Source: Thermosulfurimonas dismutans
Lineage (GTDB): Bacteria; Desulfobacterota; Thermodesulfobacteria; Thermodesulfobacteriales; Thermodesulfobacteriaceae
Length of the DNA stretch: 32,000 bases
NCBI RefSeq assembly: GCF_001652585.1
Contig: NZ_LWLG01000002.1
Coordinates: 210,001-242,000, forward strand
Direction of reading: 5' to 3'
In this document: positions 1 through 10,307 of the stretch, in pieces
How the letters are laid out: every line of letters begins with the position of its first letter
Numbering within the stretch: position 1 is the first letter of the stretch
Program-made: the position numbers and the translations under genes
The notes under the pieces: generated by a model
Seen by the model: the letters and a program-made list of their open reading frames with translations, nothing else
The model's database searches: none
Told to the model about the DNA's origin: nothing

Positions 1-107
1 GAACTCGGATTCCCGAATTCTTCCGTGAGACAAAACCTCACGGTCTCGGCCACCTCCGGGAGGACTGGCGTGGTGGCGTTGTAGTCTAGATAAACGGGCC
101 GGTTCAT
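1..107 (-). CDS. Cysteine desulfurase (NifS/IscS-type), first 35 codons only; the gene continues past the window edge
   Basis: Manual minus-strand translation from the ATG at 107 gives MNRPVYLDYNATTPVLPEVAETVRFCLTEEFGNPSS, the typical YLDYNATTP...GNPSS N-terminus of class V desulfurases. There is an ATGA start/stop overlap with the upstream 588-aa ORF. This ORF is not in the supplied track because it is truncated. Confidence 0.6.
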   Translation of the reverse strand, partial: MNRPVYLDYNATTPVLPEVAETVRFCLTEEFGNPS

Positions 108-1870
108 TTCCGTATCTCCCGGATCAGATCAAAAAGAGCCCGGGCGGCCTCTTTGGGACCTTCTTGTTCGTAGCCCTCGAGAGCCAACCGGGTCCGGATC
201 TGCCCCACCCTCACCCCTCGGGCGAACATGGCCTCGAAGTATCTACGGGCAAGTTTCTCGTGCGCCTCCCTCCTCTGAGGGGCCCCGAAGGGATTGGCAA
301 AATAGGTGTGCACCAGACCCTTTTCATCCGTGGTGCCCTTGGCCATCCTGGCCCCGGCACGGAAGACTGAAAGGGCCGTCTCCGGATCCTCAAAAAACTC
401 CACCGCCGGTCGGGCCTTGCTCACCTCCTCGTAGTTGTTGGCGTAAAGAAAAAGATCCACCTTGAAGCCCTGTACAATCCGGTGGTAATACGCCACCGGG
501 ATCACCACCCGGGCGTTAGTAAGATGGGGATTCATGAAAATACTGCGATCGATCTCGGAAAAGGCGTAACCCGGGGAAAGATCGTCAAGCCTCACGAAGG
601 CCCCGATCTCGGTCCCGTAACATTTGAGGCCCTCCGCATCCTCACTGATAGAGCCCATGTCGTCGAAGATGACGATCATGTCGCTCAGGTAATCCTCGGA
701 AAGGAGCCGAAAGGCCTCCAGGGTCTCGCTCTTTCCGGCCCCGGAATCCCCCACAATTACTAGCGTGGCCCGGGAGCCATCCTTGAGGACGATGTGCACC
801 CCGGCCCCGTGGAGTGGTAAACGCCCCTGACGGATCATGATGATGTTGTGCAGGGTAAGGGTAGTCTTCTTGAGATAACCGAAATAGTCTGCAATCTCCT
901 CGCCGATGACATAGCCCACCACCAGGTCGTTCTCTCGATCCTCATAGAAGAAAGAGATGCCCTCCTCGGGAAGTCTCGGACCTCCGAAGATCAAAATGGC
1001 ATCCGGACGGGCCCCTTGGATCTCGATCTTGTCCGCTAGTTCAAATAAATTGGCCAAAGAAAAACCCAGGGAGGCGAATTCGCGCCAAAAATAGATGAAG
1101 ATCAAAAGCGGCCCCACCTTGGCCGGATAGCAGAACCACTCCTCGGGATCGAGCCTGAGTTTAGCAAGGGGATTGTAGGAAAGCTCGACGAAAGCCCCCT
1201 GCCGGCGAATCTGGCGAGGATAGAAAATGATAGGCGGTTCAAGAAGGGCATAACGAATAAAGGGGATCTCCGCCAGAACACTGTATTCCTGAGAGGGGAT
1301 TTCCCAGGATATGGGCTCGGTGAGGGCCCCCAGGTTGGCTCCAGCCGGAAGCTGGCGGTACACACGGATGGCTTCTCCGGTAAGGTTAGTGCTTATGGTA
1401 CGGTAAACCCGAAGGATGAGCCCCTTGAGTTCCTCGTTCAGGTTCACGAAGCTGGCTTTATAGAGGCTGGACTTCCCGGCCACCCCTTCAGCCACGGCCG
1501 GAAGGATAAGGTAACGTTCAAAGGAGCGCCAGAAGTTGTAAAAGCCTTCCACGAATTCCCGCCAGAGACAGCGGGCCTCGATCACCGGCTGCCATTCGGG
1601 ATTGAGTTCCGGAAGCTCCTCTGCCCGATGAAGCATGAGTAGCTTAAAAAAGAGGAGAATTTTGGCCCGTAACCTCTCCTCGTCTCTTGTACCTAGATTA
1701 GCAACGATTTCCTCGTATCTAAGGGTGTTTTTCTTGCGGAGGTGTCGCAGGTAACGCCTCAAGATCTCCTCGAAGAGGGGACTTTTCAGCAACTTTTCGG
1801 GAGTATCACAATAAAGCTTGCCGGAATTGATAAAAATCTTTCGTTGGGATACGAAATAGGGAGCTTGCAT
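104..1870 (-). CDS. Uncharacterised 588-aa protein with a C-terminal HPr kinase/phosphorylase-like P-loop domain
   Basis: Long uninterrupted ORF. The segment LPLHGAGVHIVLKDGSRATLVIVGDSGAGKSETLEA followed by IVIFDDMG matches the HprK/P catalytic core pattern (LHG..V...G.GVLI.GDSG.GKSE.ALE ... ADD). The N-terminal ~340 aa contains no motif I recognise. Confidence 0.7.
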   Translation of the reverse strand: MQAPYFVSQRKIFINSGKLYCDTPEKLLKSPLFEEILRRYLRHLRKKNTLRYEEIVANLGTRDEERLRAKILLFFKLLMLHRAEELPELNPEWQPVIEARCLWREFVEGFYNFWRSFERYLILPAVAEGVAGKSSLYKASFVNLNEELKGLILRVYRTISTNLTGEAIRVYRQLPAGANLGALTEPISWEIPSQEYSVLAEIPFIRYALLEPPIIFYPRQIRRQGAFVELSYNPLAKLRLDPEEWFCYPAKVGPLLIFIYFWREFASLGFSLANLFELADKIEIQGARPDAILIFGGPRLPEEGISFFYEDRENDLVVGYVIGEEIADYFGYLKKTTLTLHNIIMIRQGRLPLHGAGVHIVLKDGSRATLVIVGDSGAGKSETLEAFRLLSEDYLSDMIVIFDDMGSISEDAEGLKCYGTEIGAFVRLDDLSPGYAFSEIDRSIFMNPHLTNARVVIPVAYYHRIVQGFKVDLFLYANNYEEVSKARPAVEFFEDPETALSVFRAGARMAKGTTDEKGLVHTYFANPFGAPQRREAHEKLARRYFEAMFARGVRVGQIRTRLALEGYEQEGPKEAARALFDLIREIRK

Positions 1871-1922
1871 AGTATGCTTATTTTAATGCGCTTCTCCCTA
1901 ATTCCGCAACTCAAAATGGGGT

Positions 1923-1951
1923 TTGACTTTGGAGGCCAATTTAAGTATTTT
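1923..1951 (+). promoter_or_regulatory. Putative sigma-70-type promoter for purA (TTGACT-N17-TATTTT)
   Basis: TTGACT at 1923-1928, an exact 17-nt spacer, and TATTTT at 1946-1951. It lies ~30 nt upstream of the AAGGAGG RBS and the ATG at 1984. Confidence 0.35.
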
Positions 1952-1971
1952 GGCTCTGGAAACTTTGGTAA

Positions 1972-3279
<1,308 letters not shown>

Positions 3280-3284
3280 AACCC

Positions 3285-4676
3285 ATGAAGGATCGCGTCC
3301 TTATAGCCAATCGAGGGGAAATTGCCTTAAGGATCATGGAGGCCTGCGAGGAGCTAGGCCTGGACTATGTAGTGGTCTATACTCGTCCAGATGAAGAAAG
3401 CCTCCATGTGCGAAAGGCCAAACGCAAATACCGAATAGCAGATTATCGGGACCCAAACGAATTGCTTTCGGTGGCTGACGAGGCCAAGTGCACGGCCATC
3501 CATCCCGGCTACGGTTTCCTTGCCGAGGACTTCCGGTTTGCTCGAAGGGTGGTCAAGCGTTCGCGACCGCTTACCTTCATTGGTCCTCGGTGGGAGGTCA
3601 TCCGTGACCTCGGAAGTAAACTCAATGTCAAGCGCCTAGCCAAGGAACTGGATATTCCCGTTATTCCCGGAACCACCGAACCCCTTTACAATGAAATTGA
3701 GGCCGAAGCCAGGGCCGAAGAACTCTTTGAATGGCTAAGGGAATCTGGAGAGGAAGATCCACGTCTTCTCATCAAGGCCTCGGCGGGTGGCGGTGGCATG
3801 GGTATAGAGGAGGTTCGGGAGCTCGAAGAGGTGCGTCCGGTCTTCCGCCGGGTGAGGGCGTACGCCAAAAGGCTTTTCGGAGACGAAGGCGTAATCATAG
3901 AGGCCAAGATCTCGCGTTTCCAGCATCTAGAGGTCCAGCTCCTCGGTACTCCTCACGGAGAATTGGTCCATTTCGGCACCCGAAACTGCACCATCCAGAG
4001 TCCCGGGCGCCAGAAACGCATTGAGATTGCTCCCGGTCTTGACCCCCAATTTGTAAACTATAGTTTCGACGCCGACGCCCTCTTGGCCGAAATCATTAAC
4101 CATTCCCTGAAACTCGCGGAAGCGGTTTCCTACGACAGCGTGGGCACCTGGGAATGGCTAATTACTCCCGAGGGTCGGGCCTACCTCATGGAGGTCAACA
4201 CCCGAATCCAGGTGGAAAACGAGATCTCGGCCAAAATATCCCAAGTTAAAAGCCAAACCGTAAATCTCATCAAAGAGCAAATCCGCATCGCCTTGGGCGA
4301 CAAACTCCGGTATCAACAAAAGGATATCCATTTCTCCGGAACAGCCATCGAACTTCGTCTCGTGGCCGAAGATACGCAAAGAAACTTCAAACCCCTATCC
4401 GGAACGATTACACGCTTTTCTTGGGAAAAGCATCCCTGGCTTACGGTCAGGACCCATGTTCCCCAGGACAAACCATATACTATCCCCACGGAGTACGATC
4501 CTAATCTAGCCTTAGCCATTGTCTGGGGAAAGGATACCAAGGAGGCTCAACAAAGGGCTCTGGTCTTCTTAGAAGAAGTGATCATTGAAGGCAAACGAAG
4601 CCAAGGAGAACCCTTGGTTACCAACGTTTCTTTTTTGAAAAACAAATTAACTGAAATTTTAAGGTTTCCGGAATGA
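3285..4676 (+). CDS. accC: Biotin carboxylase (ATP-grasp), a divergent AccC-like subunit
   Basis: 463 aa. Contains RVLIANRGEIALRIMEACEELG, IHPGYGFLAED, the glycine-rich loop ASAGGGGMGI, and EVNTRIQVENEIS (canonical EMNTRIQVEHPVTE). Several normally invariant stretches are substituted. ATGA overlap with the next gene. Confidence 0.85.
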   Translation: MKDRVLIANRGEIALRIMEACEELGLDYVVVYTRPDEESLHVRKAKRKYRIADYRDPNELLSVADEAKCTAIHPGYGFLAEDFRFARRVVKRSRPLTFIGPRWEVIRDLGSKLNVKRLAKELDIPVIPGTTEPLYNEIEAEARAEELFEWLRESGEEDPRLLIKASAGGGGMGIEEVRELEEVRPVFRRVRAYAKRLFGDEGVIIEAKISRFQHLEVQLLGTPHGELVHFGTRNCTIQSPGRQKRIEIAPGLDPQFVNYSFDADALLAEIINHSLKLAEAVSYDSVGTWEWLITPEGRAYLMEVNTRIQVENEISAKISQVKSQTVNLIKEQIRIALGDKLRYQQKDIHFSGTAIELRLVAEDTQRNFKPLSGTITRFSWEKHPWLTVRTHVPQDKPYTIPTEYDPNLALAIVWGKDTKEAQQRALVFLEEVIIEGKRSQGEPLVTNVSFLKNKLTEILRFPE

Positions 4677-6907
4677 GCGAACTTTATCGGGAGTTAACCG
4701 AACTTCTCGAACGAGCTCTTTATGTAAGAGATATCAAGGGGGAGGACTGGCAGGAAATCTCGGCCGTGGTAGGCTTTCTTCAGGAGCTCCGAGAGAAAGT
4801 CTATGAATTGCCTGGAGAAGAGCTCCGGAAACGCTTCTCCTTGCTCAAGGAGAAACTTGTAGCCCTAGAGACCCTAGCAGCCGAAACACTATCCCCTTAC
4901 GAGATCGTCAAGATCACACGTCACCCTCAGCGATTCACCCTTCAGGACATCTTAGAAAACGTTTACGACAACTATACCGAACTCGGTGGAGAGGGAGAGA
5001 TCAACCTTGATCCTGCGGTGGTAGTCGCTAGGGCCATGATCTCCAGGCGGGTGGGAGACAAGATTTATATGCATCAGGTCATGGTCATCGGACACGAGAA
5101 GGGCCACGGCGAGGAATTTAGACGAGGCGGAAGCGCCAAACCCTGGGGCAACGAAAAAGCCTTACATTACATGAAGATAGCCGAAACCGAGGGTATCCCC
5201 ATCCATTTTTATATTTTCACCCCCGGAGCCTATCCCATCGAGGATCCTCCCGGAGCCGCCCAGCAGATTGCCAGGAACCTTTATACCATGGCCAAGCTCA
5301 AGGTACCCATGATCTCGTTCATCTCCGAGGGAGGCTCGGGAGGGGCTGAGGCCATCGGACTTGCGGACCTCAGGCTTATGGCCTCCAGAGGCTATTATTC
5401 GGTAATAAGCCCTGAGGGGGCTGCAGCTATCGAGGCCAAACTCAAAAGCGGACGCCCCCCCCGAGAACTAGTTGAAAAATGTGCTCGCAACCTCAGACTT
5501 ACCGCTGAAGACAATCTTCGCTTAGGTACCATTGACCGCATCGTTCCGGAACCCCCTCTAGGGGCCCGACGCCAGGACTACGGCTTTTTCAAACGTTTGC
5601 GTTACGAAATGATCCGAGCCACGGACGAAGTGGTCCTTCAAACCAAGAGTCTTCGCACCTTTCGGAAATATGTCCTTTCGCGAAAAAACGGGACTGAGGA
5701 AGTACCCGAAGATTTTGGTATTTACGTAAACTGGGAGCTCACCGAGGACGAAAAGGAGATATTGCTAGAGAACCGTTCTCGAAAATATCGGGAAATGGGC
5801 CGATGGGCGGTCTGCGGAAAGGAGTCTACGTTCAAACATTATCTGGAAAAGAGCCATGACCTGGGCCTCAAAGTCTTCCACGGTCTGCGCTATGGGGTTT
5901 TCAAGCAGAGTCATCGGGCCTTGAGACGTATGTTCGAAGAACTCACCCAGGAAAGCTCGGCCTTGCTCAAGCCGGTAAGCGATCCGGTCAAAACGGTCTA
6001 TAACCTCCTTTCTGGAAAAAAGCGGCGAATACCAAAAGTAGTTTCCTGGATCGAAAGACCGGAAGGACCGGAAGAACTATATGTTAGTCCCTTGGCCTTG
6101 GAGGATCGCACGGTCACCTGCCCCAATGCTGAAACCCACGGGTGTCCGGATCTCTGGGTGCCGGATTTATATGGAGAATTCTGCGGGGTCTGTCCCAACT
6201 GCGGCTATCACTTTCCACTGGAATATCAGTGGTACCTCAACAATCTTTTCGACCGGGGAAGCGTGCGAGAGTTCAACGAAGGGCTTTCCTCCGGAAATCC
6301 TTTAAATTTTGAAGGCTATGCGGAAAAACTGGCCAAGGCCCGCAAGTCTACTGGAAAGAACTCAGCCATGCTTACTTTCGAAGCCAAAATCGGCGGCATC
6401 TCCTTGATTGTGGCCATGCTAATCGCAGACTTCAGACAAGGTACTGTAGGGGTAGCTGAAGGGGAGAAGTTTATCCGGGCTTGCGATCGGGCCAGAATTA
6501 CCCGCAGGCCACTTCTAGCCTTAATTCATACCACCGGAGGCATACGCATTCACGAGGGTACTCTGGGAGTTATCCAGATGCCTAGATGCACCGTTGCGGT
6601 TCGGGAATATGTAGATTCCGGTGGGCTCTATATTGTGCTTTACGACAACAACTCTTATGCCGGACCGGTGGCTAGTTTCCTGGGCTGTGCCCCTTATCAG
6701 TTTGCCTTGCGTTCCACCCGGCTAGGCTTTGCTGGACCTAGAGTGATCCGCGAAACTACCGGGGAGGAAGTCCCTCCGGACTATCACAGCGCCGAAAATG
6801 CCCTTCGTCGAGGGCACATCCAAGGGGTCTGGGATCGACGGGAACTCCGTCTCAAACTTTATGAGGCCCTTCTCACCATGGGAGGAAGAAATCTGTATTA
6901 TAGGTAG
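4673..6907 (+). CDS. Fused carboxyltransferase: AccA-like alpha domain (N-terminal), ~140-aa linker, AccD-like beta domain with zinc ribbon (C-terminal)
   Basis: 744 aa. The N-terminal half has RHPQRFTLQD, FTPGAYP and SEGGSGGA..SVISPEG, as in AccA. The C-terminal half starts with SWIER, has the Cys4 pattern CPN..HGC...CGVCPNCGYH, and has GFAGPRVI, as in AccD. Confidence 0.85.
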   Translation: MSELYRELTELLERALYVRDIKGEDWQEISAVVGFLQELREKVYELPGEELRKRFSLLKEKLVALETLAAETLSPYEIVKITRHPQRFTLQDILENVYDNYTELGGEGEINLDPAVVVARAMISRRVGDKIYMHQVMVIGHEKGHGEEFRRGGSAKPWGNEKALHYMKIAETEGIPIHFYIFTPGAYPIEDPPGAAQQIARNLYTMAKLKVPMISFISEGGSGGAEAIGLADLRLMASRGYYSVISPEGAAAIEAKLKSGRPPRELVEKCARNLRLTAEDNLRLGTIDRIVPEPPLGARRQDYGFFKRLRYEMIRATDEVVLQTKSLRTFRKYVLSRKNGTEEVPEDFGIYVNWELTEDEKEILLENRSRKYREMGRWAVCGKESTFKHYLEKSHDLGLKVFHGLRYGVFKQSHRALRRMFEELTQESSALLKPVSDPVKTVYNLLSGKKRRIPKVVSWIERPEGPEELYVSPLALEDRTVTCPNAETHGCPDLWVPDLYGEFCGVCPNCGYHFPLEYQWYLNNLFDRGSVREFNEGLSSGNPLNFEGYAEKLAKARKSTGKNSAMLTFEAKIGGISLIVAMLIADFRQGTVGVAEGEKFIRACDRARITRRPLLALIHTTGGIRIHEGTLGVIQMPRCTVAVREYVDSGGLYIVLYDNNSYAGPVASFLGCAPYQFALRSTRLGFAGPRVIRETTGEEVPPDYHSAENALRRGHIQGVWDRRELRLKLYEALLTMGGRNLYYR

Positions 6908-6912
6908 GAAGT

Positions 6913-7572
6913 ATGGCCATTGATCACCTCAAAATAAACCAACTGCTTCAGCGATTGAGGAGTCGGCCTTACCGGATCTATGAGGTGAAGACTCCTCACA
7001 CCGGATACCTGAGAGAATTTCTGGTAAAAGAAGGCACGGAAGTGAAAGGTCCACGTGGAAAGTGGCGAGAAATTCCAGGAACTCCTCTCTTTACCCTGGA
7101 GCGAGAGAAAAATCTTAAAACCATCAAAGCCAGAGTAAGCGGTACGATACATAATCTCCGAACCGAACTAGAAGGCCGGTTTGTAGAAGCCGAAGAAGTG
7201 GTGCTTGAGATCCGCCATCCCCTATCTCAAGAAGAGGTCATCTCGGAATTTCTGCGGGAGACCCTCATCCTGATCACCGCTCCGGAGACGGCTCGTTATC
7301 TTCTCGCGCCGGAAATCGAAAAACGTATTCGCAAGGAAGGTCTGGGGAAGGTCTTCGTAAAGCCAAATGAAGAAATCCTCATCATGAGTTTCATGAAGAG
7401 GGAGACCCCCATCGTCCATACTGGAGAGACCATGGTGATCTTCAGGATCTTTTTCACTCCTCAGGAGGTAGTGACCGCGGGTGAACCTCTTTTGGGACTC
7501 TGCCTCCAGGAGGAAGTTCCGTATCTTGAGCGGGTGATCAGCCGCATCTGCGAAGAATGGCCGGAAAAGTAA
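6913..7572 (+). CDS. Biotin carboxyl carrier-like protein with two tandem biotinyl/lipoyl-type domains and non-canonical Lys motifs
   Basis: 219 aa. Residues ~22-100 and ~120-200 each follow the hammerhead pattern V.aP..G......V..G..V......l..lEaMKm...I.a...G.v....G..V..g..L. The Lys motifs are LEREKNLKTIKA in domain 1 and IMSFMKRETPIV in domain 2, in register with the canonical EAMKM. The gene sits between the carboxyltransferase and the biotin ligase. Confidence 0.55.
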   Translation: MAIDHLKINQLLQRLRSRPYRIYEVKTPHTGYLREFLVKEGTEVKGPRGKWREIPGTPLFTLEREKNLKTIKARVSGTIHNLRTELEGRFVEAEEVVLEIRHPLSQEEVISEFLRETLILITAPETARYLLAPEIEKRIRKEGLGKVFVKPNEEILIMSFMKRETPIVHTGETMVIFRIFFTPQEVVTAGEPLLGLCLQEEVPYLERVISRICEEWPEK

Positions 7573-8342
7573 AAGAGGTCTTCCGGCTAGCCGAAGAGAT
7601 CGGTCGGGACATCCGGAGCTTCGAAGAAGTCCCGCGTCTCATGAGTCTGGCTTACGAATTGGCCCTTTCGGAACCCCGTACAGCCCATGGACGAATTCTA
7701 AAAGCCGAAAGGCTTTCCCAGGCCAGAGGGCGACATGGGAGGACCTGGATAGCCGAGTCCGGAGGCCTATGGATGGCTTTAAGCTTTTATGACGATCATC
7801 TGCCACAAACTTACGGACTGTTCCCCCTTATATTCGGCTTGGCTATGGCAAGAATGGCCCTAGATTTGGGGCTACCAGCACGTATACGTTGGATAAACGA
7901 CCTTCATTTCCGTGGCCGAAAACTCGCAGGAGTTCTAATCGAAAAGCACGCTGAGTGGCTCATTGTAGGGCTGGGCATCAATGTTAATAACCCTCCACCT
8001 CCCGGCATTCCCGCGGAAACCCTGAGCCGTCTCGCTGGAAAGTATATTTCCCTGGATGAAATCTTCCATCTGGTAATCCACCATCTCCGTTACTATTATG
8101 CACTCTTCAGACACCTGGAGGCCGAACTCTCCCCTTATGAAGAGGTGCCCGAAAACGAGTTGATCAAGGATTTCAGGAAATATTCAGATACCCTCGGCCG
8201 ATGTGTGGCCTGGGCTGGGAATCTGGATCGGGAGGAACCATTAATAGCACATACCAGAGACATTCTTCCGAACGGATCTCTTCTGCTTGAAACCGAAGAA
8301 GGTTCTTTCCCGGTTAATTTCGGAGAAATCATTTACATTTAA
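7557..8342 (+). CDS. birA: Biotin--[acetyl-CoA-carboxylase] ligase, class I (no N-terminal HTH repressor domain)
   Basis: 261 aa. QARGRHGRTWIAESGGLWMALSF matches the GRGRxGRxW.S..G.L motif. RWINDLHFRGRKLAGVLIE matches KWPNDL....KK.aGIL.E. It overlaps the upstream gene by 16 nt. Confidence 0.8.
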   Translation: MAGKVKEVFRLAEEIGRDIRSFEEVPRLMSLAYELALSEPRTAHGRILKAERLSQARGRHGRTWIAESGGLWMALSFYDDHLPQTYGLFPLIFGLAMARMALDLGLPARIRWINDLHFRGRKLAGVLIEKHAEWLIVGLGINVNNPPPPGIPAETLSRLAGKYISLDEIFHLVIHHLRYYYALFRHLEAELSPYEEVPENELIKDFRKYSDTLGRCVAWAGNLDREEPLIAHTRDILPNGSLLLETEEGSFPVNFGEIIYI

Positions 8343-8812
8343 TCATTTCCTTCGAGAAGCTGAAAAAGACTATCCACAGCTTCTTCCGGAGTCTCCGTAT
8401 AGACCACACCTTCTATATCGGGCCAGGTCTCAAGGCCCACCACGGGTTTCCACATCTTCAAGGCCAGGGCAATCTCCGAGAGGGTGCCATAGCCTCCAGA
8501 GACCGCGATCACCCCTTCCACCGATCGTACGAGGATGACATTACGAGCGTGTCCCATATCCGTAACAATAGGGATTTGGATGTAGGGATTGGCCTCCTCA
8601 GCCTTATTTCCCGGAAGGATACCCACCGTGACCGCTCCGGCCTCTACGGCTCCCTTAGCCGCGGCCTCCATTACCCCTCCTAGGCCTCCGCAAAAGACCA
8701 CTGCTCCGCGCTCCGCAAGAAGTCTTCCCACCTCATAGGCCCGAGCATAGACCTTTTGGTCTGCGATGCCGGTGCCAATGACTCCGATCTTCCGTCTAGT
8801 CCTTAAATCCAT
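8339..8812 (-). CDS. TIGR00725/LOG-family Rossmann-fold protein (lysine-decarboxylase-like family, function uncertain)
   Basis: 157 aa. Contains [23 protein letters not shown] and [14 protein letters not shown], the signature glycine motifs of the LOG/TIGR00725 family. Confidence 0.7.
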   Translation of the reverse strand: MDLRTRRKIGVIGTGIADQKVYARAYEVGRLLAERGAVVFCGGLGGVMEAAAKGAVEAGAVTVGILPGNKAEEANPYIQIPIVTDMGHARNVILVRSVEGVIAVSGGYGTLSEIALALKMWKPVVGLETWPDIEGVVYTETPEEAVDSLFQLLEGND

Positions 8813-9464
8813 AGTCCCCTACTAGTTTCACAAATCTTACAGGTTCAAGGGTTTGTCGATAAATCTGTCCGCCTTTCTTGACCACCTTCACCAGATATTG
8901 AGACCATTCATCCCCTACCGGCATTACCAACCGCCCTCCTTCGGCAAGCTGATCCAGGAGGGGTTCTGGAATCTTAGGACCAGCCGCAGTCACGATAATA
9001 GCCTCAAAGGGGGCGGCCTCGGGCCAACCCCGAGTACCGTCTCCGAGTCTCAGGATTACATTGGTATACCCCAGTTCCTCCAATATCTTCCGGGCTCTCT
9101 CAAGAAGACGTGGATACCTTTCAATGGAATAGACCCAACGAGCTAGCTCGGCCAAAATAGCGGTCTGATATCCTGATCCCGTACCTACTTCCAGAACTTT
9201 TTCGTGTCCTTTAAGTTCCAGGGCCTCGGTCATGAAAGCCACGATATAGGGCTGGGAAATGGTCTGTCCCTCTCCAATAGGGAGAGGGTGGTCGGCATAA
9301 GCCTGATCCCTAAGGGCTTCTTCCACAAAAAAATGGCGGGGCACCTTTCGCATAGCGGAAAGTACGCGTTCGTCCCTAATCCCCCGGGCCGCAATCTGCG
9401 TTTGAACCATGCGCTCCCGGGCTCGACGATAAATATCTGGTTCTCTCACAAGCTCACCTCTCAT
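8796..9464 (-). CDS. pcm: Protein-L-isoaspartate O-methyltransferase
   Basis: 222 aa. Contains [17 protein letters not shown], the SAM-binding [16 protein letters not shown], and IIVTAA. Confidence 0.92.
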   Translation of the reverse strand: MRGELVREPDIYRRARERMVQTQIAARGIRDERVLSAMRKVPRHFFVEEALRDQAYADHPLPIGEGQTISQPYIVAFMTEALELKGHEKVLEVGTGSGYQTAILAELARWVYSIERYPRLLERARKILEELGYTNVILRLGDGTRGWPEAAPFEAIIVTAAGPKIPEPLLDQLAEGGRLVMPVGDEWSQYLVKVVKKGGQIYRQTLEPVRFVKLVGDYGFKD

Positions 9465-9787
9465 GGTTGCGGTTTGGTTACATAATAAATACAGTCAACC
9501 ACCTTATCTCCATAAAAAGTAACCCTAAGAATCTCGATTTCCTTCTTACCCAGCTTTTCCCCTAGTCCAGGAATTGAGGCCAAAGCGTCTTTTCTTAAAT
9601 CATAATAGATCCAGACTTCTCGACCGTCAGGAAGCCTTTCGATCTTTTGGGGAACACCAAGATATTCTTTAACTTCGGCTTTGGTGGAAAACCCCTTGTG
9701 CACCATACAAGCCTTAGAGGCCAGATTAACTCCTGGTTTCGAGGTACAGGCAGACAAAAAAAACAAAATTAGCCATAACCAGCGCAT
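9461..9787 (-). CDS. Small lipoprotein, possibly BamE/SmpA-OmlA-like
   Basis: 108 aa. Signal peptide with lipobox [22 protein letters not shown]....G.EVWIYY resembles the BamE pattern (G.t..qV...LG.P....W.Y). Confidence 0.55.
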   Translation of the reverse strand: MRWLWLILFFLSACTSKPGVNLASKACMVHKGFSTKAEVKEYLGVPQKIERLPDGREVWIYYDLRKDALASIPGLGEKLGKKEIEILRVTFYGDKVVDCIYYVTKPQP

Positions 9788-9851
9788 AAAACTTTACTCC
9801 CCGTTTTTTCTTTATTATAAATTCAAATAATCTTTTTGACGAGGAGGCTTC

Positions 9852-10307
9852 ATGCGTTGCCCAAAGTGTAGATTTATTACCTCGGAAACCAACAAAGTTT
9901 GTCCCCGGTGTGGGGAAGACCTTAGCTCTTTAGCAGAATCCTTTGGCCCTTTTTATAAGGCCAACGAAAAGGAAGTTATTTTAAAGGATACCCTCATTAC
10001 AGCCCCACCTTTCATATCGGAACCTATGTCTCTAGAACCCCCTACCGAGGCTTCGGATATGGAATCGGCTGCCGGCCCCCCTTCGCTCGAACTCGAATTA
10101 CCCGGGATAGAACCTTCCTCTGAACAAATACCTCTTGAGCTAGAAAGTCTTTCTACGCCTTCTGCCACCACGGAAGAGGAAATCTCTCCTACCCAACCAC
10201 TAGAAGAGCCTAAACTCGAGCTTGTACTAGAAACCCCTAAGAAAAAAGAAAAAGAAGATCTTCTCAAAGAATTGGAGGAAGTGCTGGAAGAAGACTCTCA
10301 GGGATAG
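9852..10307 (+). CDS. Zinc-ribbon protein with an acidic Pro/Glu/Leu/Ser-rich low-complexity tail
   Basis: 151 aa. N-terminal CPKC-x14-CPRC. The remainder is low complexity (LELELPGIEPSSEQIPLELESL...). GAGGAGG RBS 5 nt upstream. The 3' end overlaps bamD convergently by 10 nt. Confidence 0.55.
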   Translation: MRCPKCRFITSETNKVCPRCGEDLSSLAESFGPFYKANEKEVILKDTLITAPPFISEPMSLEPPTEASDMESAAGPPSLELELPGIEPSSEQIPLELESLSTPSATTEEEISPTQPLEEPKLELVLETPKKKEKEDLLKELEEVLEEDSQG

